64,000 bases of DNA from Felis catus (taxonomy: Eukaryota). The notes beneath the pieces were generated by a model. The model worked only from the letters and a program-made list of their open reading frames with translations. It was not told where the DNA came from and did no database searches. Positions 34,883 through 46,239 of the stretch are shown here, one piece after another. The DNA lies in assembly GCF_018350175.1 (NCBI RefSeq), contig NC_058382.1, positions 59,150,001 through 59,214,000 of the forward strand, given 5' to 3'. Position 1 is the stretch's first letter; every line of letters begins with the position of its first letter. Position numbers and translations under genes: made by a program.

Positions 34883-35677
34883 GGGGAACCGGAAGTGGGA
34901 ATGGTAAGGAATTTGGGCTGTGGAGGTGGGCCCTGGGTGCACACACTGACATCAACCAGAGCCATCAGCTGACGTCACCTGGCACAGATGGTGGGATATG
35001 CGTGACCTGGTGCCATACGCTTAGACCCGGTCTGCAGGCAGAATGTCCTGCACGTGGTGGCCGTGCCAACAGGAGTTGCGAAGCCAAGGAGGTGGCAGCA
35101 TAGAGAGGAGGGCCCGCTGTGCTGGCAGGGGGGCACGGGGAGGGCTCAGAGTGGGGGCGTCAGGCTGAGCAGGAGTGACGTCTCTGAGGGAGCCACTGAG
35201 AGCGTCTGGTCAGCCCCCTGGAGCTCTGGGGCGTGCCCAGGACACAGCACCCCCATCACGGGAGGGCTCGCAACCTCACTTTTGCAAATCCCAGCTTTCC
35301 CAGTGCTCGGGCACCCCCTACCCCTGCTGCCCCTCTGGCTGGCAACATCGCTCTCTCCCCAGTTAATACCCACCCTGGGGTGTGATGTCCCAGGAAGGCA
35401 CAGATTCAAGGGCCCAGGAAGATGCCACTTACAAGACGAGTGATTCTGGGTGAGTGGCCTCACCTCTCCGAGGGGCCCTTTTATCATTTCCACGGTGAAG
35501 GCAGTGGGGTGCATCCTTCCTGGCCCACTGGCCCAAGCTGGGGTCGCAGCCAATCTTGAAGGAGGACCTCTGCCCCCAAGAGCTCTTTGTTGTAGCTCGT
35601 TCCTTTGCTCACGTGTTTATTCCTACTCTCCTCTCGGGAACCCCAGGCATGAGTCATTTGCTAAAGAACTGTCGTTA

Positions 35678-35879
35678 GGGGCGCCTGGGTGGCTCAGTGG
35701 GTTAAGCGTCCAACTTCAGCTCAGGTCATGATCTCGCCATTCCCGAGTTTGAGCCCCGCATCGGGCTCTGTGCTGACAGCTCAGAGCCTGGAACCTGCTT
35801 TGGATTCCGTGTCTCCCTCTCTCTCTGCCCCTCCCCACTCGCTCTCTGTCTCCTTGTCTCTCAAAAACAAAATTAAAAA
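35678..35879 (+). mobile_element. Carnivore SINE (SINEC_Fc-type)
   Basis: Canonical head ggggcgcctgggtggctcagt; TSD aaagaactgtcrtt at 35663-35676 and 35877-35890. Confidence 0.97.
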
Positions 35880-36064
35880 GAACTGTCATTCAACATGTCA
35901 GTGGGTCTCGTCCGTCCATGGGGTTACTTTAAAAGGTGACATAATCATGCCTTTCAAGGCTCTTGGGAGATACCGGATAAGAGGGCTGGTTGAACTTGCT
36001 GCGTTTGAGCCACAGTGACCCATGTCTCGGAGAGGGCGCAAGGCGGTAAGTACTATCTCCTATC

Positions 36065-36260
36065 AATTACAAAACTAATGCGCTTGTTATGTTAGAAAAT
36101 GTGGAAAATACAGAATACGTAGAAAATAGGCATCACCAGTGATGTCACTGCTAAGGTGTGACCACTGCATAGTTTGACCTATTTTTAAATTACACGGGAG
36201 TCTCACCCTCTGCACACACGTACAGAGCACACATTCATGGAACAGCACATGGAACGCTGT
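36065..36260 (-). mobile_element. L1ME4-like 3' fragment
   Basis: aaaactaatgcgcttgttatgttagaaaatgtggaaaatacagaa resembles the reverse L1ME 3' end. Confidence 0.5.
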
Positions 36261-38021
36261 TCACAGCTGCTGAGAGGTGGGCGGGGGGTGGCCTTCAGGG
36301 TCCTCACGAGGCAAATTCCAGTCAACGGCCGCACAACTTTCCCTCGCTTGGCTTTTCATTCACAACTTATGATCAAATCCCCTCATTTCAGACACTGACA
36401 CTGGTGAGAAACAGCCCACGTTTGTGCACAAACCTCTGTGTGCATCTCAGATAGTTTCCGGGTTCAGCCCCTGGAGGCAGAATTACTGGACCCAGGGGAC
36501 AGAGATTTAAGTCTCTGGGTCCAGATCCCCGATGGTGAGTCCTGGGGATTCGTGCTCAGGGCCGGGTGGCTCTGCTTGCCCCTAACCTCGCCATCTCTGA
36601 GCGTGGCCGCTGCAGATCGCCGGGGTCATTGGCTCCCGCCCGTGCTGGCCCCGTCGTCTCTGCCCGAACCCCCTCGGCCAGAACCCACCTGTGCCTGGCG
36701 CCCTGAAGGCCACGGGGGTGGCGCTGGGGTGTGCTAGGAAAGTGGGGTCATGGGTATTGGATACCGTGGACCAGCCAGCCTCCCGCATAAAACACCAGGA
36801 AGCTTTTGGCGAGGATTCCCCAGCCAGGAAGTGGCAGCGCCGGAGCGCAAACCCAGGCGGTCTGGCTTGGAGCCACAGTCCTTCTGTCCCAGGTCGTAGT
36901 CGAGGGCCTAGCACTGCGCACTCAGCAAAGGGCGACACAGGCAAAACACAGGAGCCAGAGAGGAAAACAAGTGCTGAGCTACTGATTACATAACCCAACA
37001 ATACGACTATGGAGAAAAATCTAGAAGGAAAGGGGGCAGGGGTACGGACGAGCTGAGGTAGGATTGAAGGAGAGGAGGAGGGCCCTGTGGACCCGGGGGA
37101 GACCACGCTGCTGCTGTGGGCAGCGCCACCGACTTCTGGGCTGGAAGCAGGCTGCGGCGGGTGTGGGCGGGCACCAGGAAGCCAGCAGGGGAGATGAAGG
37201 CAACAAGGCGGGGGAGGGGTGGTGGAGGTTTGGTCCAGCGCGGTAGCCGCCCACGCAGGAGCGGATGCACATCCACGGGATTTGCTCACGGAGCGGGTGA
37301 GGGCTGGGAGGGTCGAGCGAGCTCTGGAGGCGGCCACCGCGGTATCGGCCCAAGTGATTTGGCAAGAATGCAGGGAGAGCGGACGTTGGGGCGGGGGATC
37401 CAGAGTTCAGGCTTCGACATGAGAAATCTCCAAATCCAAGAATCTGAAGGAGTCAAGCTGACGACACAGACAGAGTGCAGAGCGTGGTGCCTGGCACCTA
37501 GAAAATTCTCCAACACATGAACTCCCTGGCCGGTTCCGGAACACCTTGCGGCGGGCAGGGCTCCGCACCACGCCGCCCTCTCAGCGCTATCTTTTTATCA
37601 CTGTCGGCCTCCTTGCATTTCATCTCACAACGAAAGGCCCAGGAAATATGAGCTGTGGCTCGATGCGGCCCATCCCAGGCAGTCAGGGAAGGTCAATGCC
37701 CTGTTTGAAGGGTGAGCTCCCGGGGTTCACGCTGCCCGCGCACTCTGAAACCTGATCATTGCCGTGTCTTTATGGAGAGAGAATCCCTGACAGGTGATTA
37801 TTTTGGCTGTCCCGCTTCATATCAAACATGCTAAAGATTAGTCACTTGTTAAGGGCCAGCTGTTGACAAGGAAGGATGGAGGGCGGGGGGCAGGGATTCC
37901 TGCTGCTCTCCGGGGGCGGATTATGCTGAGCGGCGAGTTCCTCCACCCTAGCGCCTGGGCCACGGGACAGCAGGGAGCGGGGAGCCTGGGGCTCTCTGGA
38001 ATGCAGGGATCTCTGGGCTTG

Positions 38022-38320
38022 ACAAGCTCCTACTGGCCGTTCAGTTCTCAACTGAAATGTCACTTCTTCCAGGAAGCCTCCCTGACCGGGGCCTGATGAG
38101 ACTCCCCCATCATGCACCCTCAGGCGGAACCTGCTCCTTTTCTTCCAACATTCTGTATTCTCGCAACGACTTTATTAACCACCTGTTTGACCTGTTCAGC
38201 ACCCATGTCCCGTGTGATGTGGCCCTGCTGGAGGAGGGACTGCGTCTCTGGATCTCAGTAACCCCACCCCAGAGCCTAACAAGTGGTAGGGATCGATCGG
38301 TCCGTGCAGAACGGAACGGG
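38022..38320 (+). mobile_element. L2 3' fragment
   Basis: ctcctactggccgttcagttctcaactgaaatgtcacttcttccaggaagcctccctgacc...ctggaggagggactgcgtct...ccccagagcctaac. Confidence 0.75.
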
Positions 38321-39724
38321 AAAGTCTGGGTTTGTGAGCAAATACGGGTACCAGCATCGCTCTGTGCCTTTTTGACCGAAGAGATGAAGAACAAAACGAA
38401 ACCAAAGCCTGGTTGACAGGATTCACCAGTAGTCTGAAACCACTGGTTCCAATCCACCGGCTACTGATGTCAGAGTAAGGAAGAGACAAAATTATTTTAA
38501 GGGGTCTGCAAATTCATATCGGGCCAACTATGCTCTTTACTTTCATTTTGTTATGAAAATTGACGTATGGAAGTAGGCAAATAGCCCGGCGAGCTCCTGT
38601 ACACCTACCAAGTACGTTCCCCGGTGTGTGACCCCACCACGTACCCCTGACTTTGGGCCACTCCTTTCCTATGTAATTATGCACCTCTAAAAAACGCAGG
38701 TGCTTCCTTAGGATAACAGCAAAAGCATCTTTACAGAAAATATCTTGCCCGTATGAACTGGACCAGTATTTGTCACAGTGCATGTTATTGCAACGATGGA
38801 TTTTCTAAATCAAGAGTGCTACAAATTCACAAACGGCATTGTCGGTAGGAGTGTATTCCTTAACCCGCTGCTATTAAAAGGACGAGGGCTACCGGAGAGG
38901 TCTGAGGCATGTTTTGACGTCGTACCTGAAAAGGACGGGAAACTCTGATCTAAAACCTCACCTCTCTCCTGGCATGCTCGGGGTGGAATTTGCAAAGAGG
39001 AGCCATCAGAGAGGCTTGGGTTCCTTTTTCTTTCGTTACCCTCCCCCCGCCACCCCCATTGATCCGTCCCAGGAGAGAAAATGGAAGCAGACGAGGGGAG
39101 GCAGGAAGGTGACGGTGGCCATTCAGGGTGAGAACAGGCCAGAATTGACTTTGGTTTCCAGAGTGTTTGGCAAGTCGGATCTGGATGTCCAGCACGTGGG
39201 ATCTTGAGCAGATAAGTGCGTTCTCGTCCACGTGCTGCTTGCTAACGGTGACACATTGCTGGAGCCGCTTCACCCGGAGCTCCTGTTCCGTCACGGGCAA
39301 CATGAGTATAGGCTTTCCAACCTCGCAGCCCCTCTCCTTGGGGACAAAGACCAGCTGAGACAGTCCAGAAAAGCAGGCAGGCTGCTAAGTGCTGTGCGCC
39401 CCTAACGACGTGCACTGAGGCTCTGCCCTGATCGGGCCTTTGTGAAGGGTCCCTCTGTCGTCGGGCGCCCTGGGGCTTCCGTGAGCATCCGCCCCGTCTC
39501 ACCCTGCCAGTGTCTCAGCGCAGCTGCCCTGCCCCAGGCCGGAGCATCTGACCCACTGCAAACGGCCCAATCCATCAGTGGCTTTGCCCACGTCACACTC
39601 AACAACTGTGGCAGCCGACCCTTCTCCTCGGTGAGAAGACCAAATGGCCCTGGAACAGTCAGAGCCAAACGCTGCCCCCGGCACACTGCTCACCCCCCGT
39701 GGCAGCTGTTCAGGCCAAGGCAGA

Positions 39725-39900
39725 CGTCTTCCACCCCGGCTTGTCTCACTCGAAAAGCACCTGGGGAGGTTTTGAAAAGGCACCACATCCAGGCCCCATC
39801 CGGAGACACGGAGGCGGGATCCGGGCACTGGAGGCAGGCTGTGGTGTCTGCTGCGAGCTTCGTGGGTCATTCTGAGGCACAGCCATGACTGAGAAGTAGC
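39725..39900. mobile_element. MER5-family MITE
   Basis: aagcacctggggaggttttgaaaagg...ccaggccccatccggagac...gggtcattctgaggcacagccatgactgagaag. Confidence 0.55.
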
Positions 39901-39964
39901 CGATTAATCAATGACTCAGGTCAACCAACTTGCCTGTTCAAGTCAGGGAGAAATGAGTCAACCA

Positions 39965-40181
39965 GGGGCGCCTGGGCTGCTCTGTCGGTTCAGCGTCCGA
40001 CTTTGGCTCAGGTCCTGACCTCGCAGTTCGGGTTCGAGCCCCACGTTGGGGTCTGTGCTGACAGCTCGGAGCCTGGAGCCTGCTTCCCATTCTGTGTCTC
40101 CCTTTCTCTTTGCCCCTCCCCCGCTTGCTCTCTGTCTCTCTCTGTCTCAAAAATAAATAAACATTTAAAACGTTTTAAAAA
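39965..40181 (+). mobile_element. Carnivore SINE (SINEC_Fc-type)
   Basis: Full body; exact 14-bp TSD agaaatgagtcaac at 39949-39962 and 40182-40195. Confidence 0.97.
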
Positions 40182-40419
40182 AGAAATGAGTCAACTAAAT
40201 CAGTCATTTGATAAAATCATATTCTAACCAAAAAAATAATAAAAATTTTATCCAGAGGGAGCTTGACCCACAAAGGCCAACAAACCACCAGTGGCCTCCA
40301 ACCCTCAATGGCAGAGATTCGAGTAGATGAGTCACCGGGAGCACCGGCTGGCTCTCGTCCGTATGGACCTTCACCCAGCGGGAGAGTCACCAATGCTCTG
40401 CAAGGACGTGCCCGTCCCT

Positions 40420-41168
40420 CAGCGGGGAGGACACTCATCCAGGAATGCGCTCCACAGCGGCCAGCTCAAACGAGAGAGCTCCATCATTGCCACAGAAGAA
40501 TCTCGAAGCCTCGTGTGCAGCCAGCAAAGCAACTTGCAGAAGGAAACGTCCAATAGGAAACCATTTATATGCAGCGTAAGGACATGCAAAGCCACCCTTG
40601 TGTTGTGCCCTGGATGAATCCACGTGCAGCCAGATACAAAAACATGCCTGGGAATGACAGACGCCAACATCGAGGTGGTGGCCAAGTCTAGAGAAGGAAC
40701 ATGGAGTGAGTGGACCAGGGTGAGGTACGTGGAAGGTTCCAGGGCATCCGTAACGTTTTCTTTCATGAAAATAGCATCCAGATATGCAATGAGAAATGCT
40801 AGTGTTGGTTAAGCCTGGGTCATCAGTACATTGTTATTGGTTTCTTTATTCTCTGCACTCACCTGGAGGCTCGAAGTATTTCAAATGTTTATTTATTTAT
40901 TTTTATTAAAAAAATTTTTTTTAATGTTTATTTACTTTTGAGAGACAAAGAGAGACAGAGCATGAGACGGGGAGGGGCAGAGAGAGAGGGAGACACAGAA
41001 TCGGAAACAGGCTCCAGGCTCTGAGCCGTCAGCACAGAGACCAATGCGGGGCTCGAACCCACCCACGAACCATGAGATCATGATGAGATCATGATCCGCC
41101 TGAGCCGAAGGCGGATGCTTAACCGGCGGAGCCACCTGGACGCCCCATAGTATTTCAAATTTTTAAAA
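40420..41168 (+). mobile_element. L1MC4/L1ME-type 3' UTR, with a SINE inserted at its 3' end
   Basis: agcaacttgcagaaggaaacgtccaataggaaaccatttatat...aaaaacatgcctgggaatgacagacgccaac...taacgttttctttc...ttctctgcactc...gaagtatttcaaat. Confidence 0.7.
40887..41146 (-). mobile_element. Carnivore SINE (SINEC_Fc-type)
   Basis: Reverse body; TSD agtatttcaaat at 40875-40886 and 41149-41160. Confidence 0.95.
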
Positions 41169-41511
41169 GGCTGGGCAACATTTCTTGCTTCCTGAGCCAG
41201 ACTTTAGATTCTAGATCTTTCTGGTTTTACATCTACACGAGGATTTTACATGCTTCTGTTGAATATCATCACTTTGGGTCCTTCATTCCAACTGCCTACC
41301 ATTAATTTGGTTCACAGACATTTATTTAAGCACCTGCTAAATGCCAGGTCCTAAGTTGAGGGGTTTTAGAGATGCTCTGGACATAACTGTCTACTATCTT
41401 TTGAACTATTACTTCCTGAAGCATCTCATGAGAATTATTTCTGAGCTTTGTGAACTCCGCGGTCTGACGAAACGGTCTTCAGCCAAGTCCACATAAAAAT
41501 AATGAGTGGGT

Positions 41512-41612
41512 CTGCCGCACAACAATGTGCACATGGTTAACATCACTGGACTGTGCATCTAAAAATGGATAAAATAGATTTCATGGTGTGTGCTTTTTAC
41601 CACAACAAAAAA
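41512..41612 (+). mobile_element. L1MB 3' terminus
   Basis: gcacaacaatgtgcacatggttaacatcactggactgtgcatctaaaaatggataaaat...ttttaccacaacaaaaa. Confidence 0.8.
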
Positions 41613-41821
41613 GAACGGCGAGTAGGGCAAGGCTAAGTGCAGAGCCCTGTGGCAAGCCTCGAGAGACTTCTCTCCACAGTAACTTTGCTATCCTATTTGA
41701 ATGTGTGCACATGTGTGCACTTGTGTGTGTCTGTGCACATGACTTTTCACATACAGAAATGTAGCCCGAGTTTTAAATGGTCAGTCCAGGAAGAAAAATA
41801 CCTTGAAACATCCCACAACAC

Positions 41822-42034
41822 TTTTATTTATTTAAAAAAACATTTTTTTTAAGTTTACTTATTTTGAGAGAGAGGCAGCACGAGCGGGGGAGGCCAGAGA
41901 GAGAGGAGAGAGCGAGAATCCCAAGCAGGCTCCGCACTGTCAGCACAGAGCCTGATGCGAGGCTTGAACTCACGAACCGTGAGATCGTGACCTGAGCTGA
42001 AGTCACTTAACCGACTGAGCCACCCAGGTGCTCC
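41822..42034 (-). mobile_element. Carnivore SINE (older subtype)
   Basis: gagaatcccaagcaggctccgcactgtcagc...ttaaccgactgagccacccagg; aacactttta on both flanks. Confidence 0.93.
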
Positions 42035-42506
42035 TTGAAACACTTTTAAAGTGCTGAGTTAGTAGAAGGGAAAAAAAAACAAAAAACAAAAAAACAACTG
42101 AGTTAGTAGAAGGGAAACAAAACCAAACTTGGTTGAGCATGCATTGTCCTGTGTCTGTTCTGAAACCTGAGTGACAGGGAAGAATCGGGAGCCTGGGCCC
42201 AACTTCCGCCAGGCAAACGCTTTCCCTCCTTACTCTCACCTGGCCTCAGGTCTGCACCGGGGGCTCGGACACCCCACGCTGGGTGCTCACATCAATCGTC
42301 CCAGCTGACCACACGCCCCCCACTGCTTCCCTCCTCCCTCCCCCTTCTTCCACGTTTTTAATCTCTTTTATACTCATGTTTTCCCGTTTGCTTCTCTTTG
42401 CTATGCTGCTCTATCAATATTTAGTTTCTAAATAATTGCTGCTCTTGTAGTGTTTAGCCAGAACACTTCATCCCGACAAATCACTTGGAAATTCATTCAT
42501 TCGCCA

Positions 42507-42672
42507 CAGCGGTTCTCCGCCCTGCTGTGAGTAGAATCACCCAGAAGACACTCCAAGAGATACCCGGGCCCCAGCACAGACCACTCAAGTCCGAACCTCT
42601 GGGGCCCAGAGCTGGCTGTTTGTCAAAACCTTCTCAGATGACACTGCTCTGCAGCCAGGGTTGAGAAATGAG
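42507..42672. mobile_element. MER5A/B MITE
   Basis: cagcggttctc...agaatcaccc...gggccccagcacagacc...gcagccagggttgagaa with recognisable TIRs. Confidence 0.7.
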
Positions 42673-43140
42673 GATTTCATAGGTACTAAGTAAACCCCTC
42701 TGTGCACCAAGGTGGGGCTGTCTAGGGGGGTGACAAGGAAGCCTTCCTGGAAGAGGTGGCATGGAGTGCAGCAGGCTGCATTTCCCAGGGCTCAACAGCA
42801 GCACCCATCCCACAGGCTCCTCCTGGAAGAAACATTCACGGAGCTCCCCTCCTGGAGCCTGGGCGGGCCCTGTGAGCGCCCTGACCCGCAGAGCCATGGG
42901 GGTGGAGCTCCTCCTAACCCCGCCCTCTCCGCTTCCTAAGCCATGGGCCCAGGGCATCCCAGTCACCAAGCCGGTGAGCCCAGCGTGGCTCAGAGTCCCT
43001 TTTTTCTCCTCTTAATGTCCACCGGAGTCCGAAGGAGCAGCGCTCTCCTCTCAGATGTCGGGCATTTCTGTTCTCCCTCTTGCTTTCTTGGGTAGCCTGG
43101 CTCCGGGCTTGTAGATCATACCCAGCTGCTCACAGGACCA

Positions 43141-43143
<3 letters not shown>

Positions 43144-43187
<44 letters not shown>
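43144..43187. repeat. T44 homopolymer
   Basis: Counted directly. Confidence 0.97.
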
Positions 43188-43189
<2 letters not shown>

Positions 43190-43220
43190 GTCTTGCTGAT
43201 TTTCTCTCTTGTCTTCCCCC

Positions 43221-43440
43221 TTTTTTTTTTTTTTTTTCAACATTTATTTATTTTTGGGACAGAGAGAGACACAGCATGAACGGGGGAGGGGCAGAGAGAG
43301 AGGGAGACACAGATACAGAAACAGGCTCCAGGCTCTGAGCCATCAGCCCAGAGCCCGACGCGGGGCTCGAACTCACGGACCGCGAGATCGTGACCTGGCT
43401 GAAGTCGGACGCTTAACCGCCTGCGCCACCCAGGCGCCCC
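43221..43440 (-). mobile_element. Young feline SINE with T17 tail and TSD
   Basis: CpG-intact body; tcttgtcttcccc at 43207-43219 and 43441-43453, followed by an L1 endonuclease site ttttaa. Confidence 0.97.
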
Positions 43441-43688
43441 TCTTGTCTTCCCCTTTTAAATCTCACGGATTTCTGCTCAACTTTTTTAAATTACTCATTT
43501 TCTTCTAGTTGCTTTAGGCTTGAATTCCTCCTCCTTGGCTGGCTTCCCAAGGTGGGAGCTGGGTGGCTGCTGTTGGCCCTTTCTCTCTGAAGGCTCAGCC
43601 TCCACTCCTGTCCTGCAGGCGTCGGTCTCCCCACCTCCACCCTTTTGGATAAGGTGTGTTTCCATTCGCACTTAGGTCACTGTAGTTT

Positions 43689-43903
43689 AAACAAATTTTT
43701 TTAACATTTTTATTTATTTTTGAGACAGAGAGAGAGCATGAACAGGGGAGGGTCAGAGAGAGAGGGAGACACAGAATCTGAAACAGGCTCCAGGCTCTGA
43801 GCTGTCAGCACAGAGCCTGACGCGGGGCTCAAACACACAGACCACGAGATCATGCCATGAGCCGAAGTCGGATGCTTCACCGACTGAGCCACCTAGGCGC
43901 CCC
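43689..43903 (-). mobile_element. Carnivore SINE (SINEC_Fc-type)
   Basis: Reverse body; TSD aggtcactrtagttt at 43674-43688 and 43904-43918. Confidence 0.97.
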
Positions 43904-44091
43904 AGGTCACTATAGTTTTAAAATGTGTCTTGAGACTTCTTGGCCCGCAAGTGACCTAGAAAAGCTGGGTCTAGGAGGACTCCCTGGGTGGGGGGGGCGC
44001 ACGTGTTCAGAACCCAATGCCCATGAGGCAGGGAGTGTGGACCAGCTGGCCACTCAGCTGAGCCCCTCCCCCACCCACCCGACAACCGGTC

Positions 44092-44540
44092 ACTCAGCCG
44101 TGTGATTGGGCCCCAGACGGCCCACACTCACCCCTGTGACTGAGCCCCCGGACGGCCCACACTCGCCCCTGTGACTGAGCCCCCGGACGGCCCACACTCG
44201 CCCCTGTGACTGAGCCCCCAGACGGCCCACACTCGCCCCTGTGACTGAGCCCCCGGACGGCCCACACTCGCCCCTGTGACTGAGCCCCCGGACGGCCCAC
44301 ACTCGCCCCTGTGACTGAGCCCCCGGACGGCCCACACTCGCCCCTGTGACTGAGCCCCCGACGGCCCACACTCGCCCCTGTGACTGAGCCCCCGACGGCC
44401 CACACTCGCCCCTGTGACTGAGCCCCCGACGGCCCACACTCGCCCCTGTGACTGAGCCCCCGACGGCCCACACTCGCCCCTGTGACTGAGCCCCCGATGG
44501 CCCACACTCAGCCGTGTTACCGAGGACCCCGGACGGCCGC
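44092..44540. repeat. GC-rich minisatellite (VNTR), 34/35-bp unit, about 13 copies
   Basis: Unit actcgcccctgtgactgagccccc(g)gacggcccac repeated head to tail with no spacers. Confidence 0.97.
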
Positions 44541-45718
44541 GGTTGAGGCCTCAGGCCACACAGCCCCAGCCACGCTGGCCGCAATCCTGAGCCACGCAGC
44601 GGAACGCAGCCCATCTCCAGAGCCAAGGCCGTAGTCAGGCGCTGCTTTAAGCAGCTGAGTTAACCACTAAGCGACGCAACAAGGAGTGGAAGGAGTGGAG
44701 ACCCACACGCAGGGCCAGTGAGAATCATTCAGTTGAAGGGGGAGGCGAGGGGGGTGGCGAGGGACGCCGAGGGCACGTCCCAGAGCCTCCGTGGGCCGAG
44801 GGCGGCCGGCACGACTGGAGCCCGGGGCCAGGAGAAGGCCCCTGTGAACGAAACACCACTCACTCTACTATAAAGCAGCAAAATGAGGGGCAGAAGCTCG
44901 CCGTTCCGATGCCTCAACACGGCGCCTGGGCCAAATGCCTCAGCGGGTGGGAACATGACACCCGGCAGGGCTGCAGGCCCGAGTGAGTGCGTCCTGGCCG
45001 TCGTGGGCCCCCTCCCCTTGCCCCAGGAGGGCCTCGAGACTTCCCCTGTGCGTCGGTGGGGAGCTTGAGAACCCAGTCAGCTACCCCTCGGGTCTGGGCT
45101 CTGAGTGAGGCTGGGGTCAGCTTTGCGCCAGAAGGTGTCGGGACACAGCTTCTAAAGGTCATTTCTCCCTCTTCTGATTCGGTGACGCTCCGGCGATGAC
45201 AGTCTCCCTTCCAAGTAGCCCCACCGTGAGCTGCTTTCCAGCCAGGCCCCAACGGTGTGCTGGCACGTTAGGACCTTCCCCAGAACCATCTATGGGCCTA
45301 TGGCCACGTCCACGGCTGGGGTCCTCGTAGAAATTCTGCAGGAATAGTCTACTCGCCGAAATGCAGCCACACGGGACTCGGGATGGGGGCCCTCTGCACC
45401 CGCACCACCTCCATTCCTGTGTTCCAGAACAGAGCCCAGGTTCTCCTCGGTGGCCCCCTCTCTGCCCTAAAGGGAAGGATGGAGTTGACCCCACCCTGAC
45501 CTGAGGTGTCCTTGAGACTCAGGTCTGGCCCAGCAGGGTGTCACCATTCCTGCCAGAGTGATTGGTTCATGGCACGTGCCCAACGTGGCCGATCGGTGCC
45601 ACAGCACAGACTCCACTCCATCCCAGGCCTTTGGGAGAGCTCAGTGTTGCTAGGGGTTCGCCTTGCTGCTTCTGGGGAGAGCCGGAAAAAGAAGGAAACC
45701 CAAAGAAGCAAAGCAGAC

Positions 45719-45940
45719 GGGCACCTGGGTGGCTCAGTCAGTGAAGCGTCCGACTTCGGCTCAGGTCACGATCTCGTGGTTCGTGAGTTCGAGCCCCGCA
45801 TCGGGATCTGTGCTGACAGCTCGGAGTCTGGAGCCTGCTTCGGATTCTGTGTCTCCCTCTGTCTCTGGCCCTCCCCACTTATGCTCTCTTTCTCTCAAAA
45901 ATAAAACATTAAATAAAATTATGTAATTAAAAAAAAAAAA
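45719..45940 (+). mobile_element. Carnivore SINE (SINEC_Fc-type)
   Basis: Full body; TSD aagcaargcaga at 45706-45717 and 45940-45951. Confidence 0.96.
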
Positions 45941-46239
45941 AGCAAGGCAGAGATGAAGAGAAAGTGAGCCCCTGGAAACAGTGTGAGCACTGCCTGGGGC
46001 TTTCTGAGTCCACAGACAGTCATCGTGCCTTAAACCATCAAGAGTTTGATTTCTACCACTTGCATCAGTAAGAATCTCGGGGACACCCCTCGTGTAGGAA
46101 GTGCTCACTGATTGGTCACGGGGCTGTTTGTCACCAGAGCGACCAGGCACCTTCGCTTTCTGGGGGCAGACGTGGTATGGCCGTGGCGCCCTTTACCTCT
46201 CACAATAATATCCTGGTTGCACAATAAATTATATGGCCG

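Noticed and set aside
35678..35765. tRNA genes in SINE heads (A and B boxes)
   Set aside because: tRNA-derived SINE 5' regions continue into SINE body, CT tract and A tail; they are not tRNA genes
44092..44540. CRISPR-like array (35-bp repeats)
   Set aside because: Units are contiguous with no unique spacers, there are no cas genes, and the DNA is mammalian; it is a minisatellite
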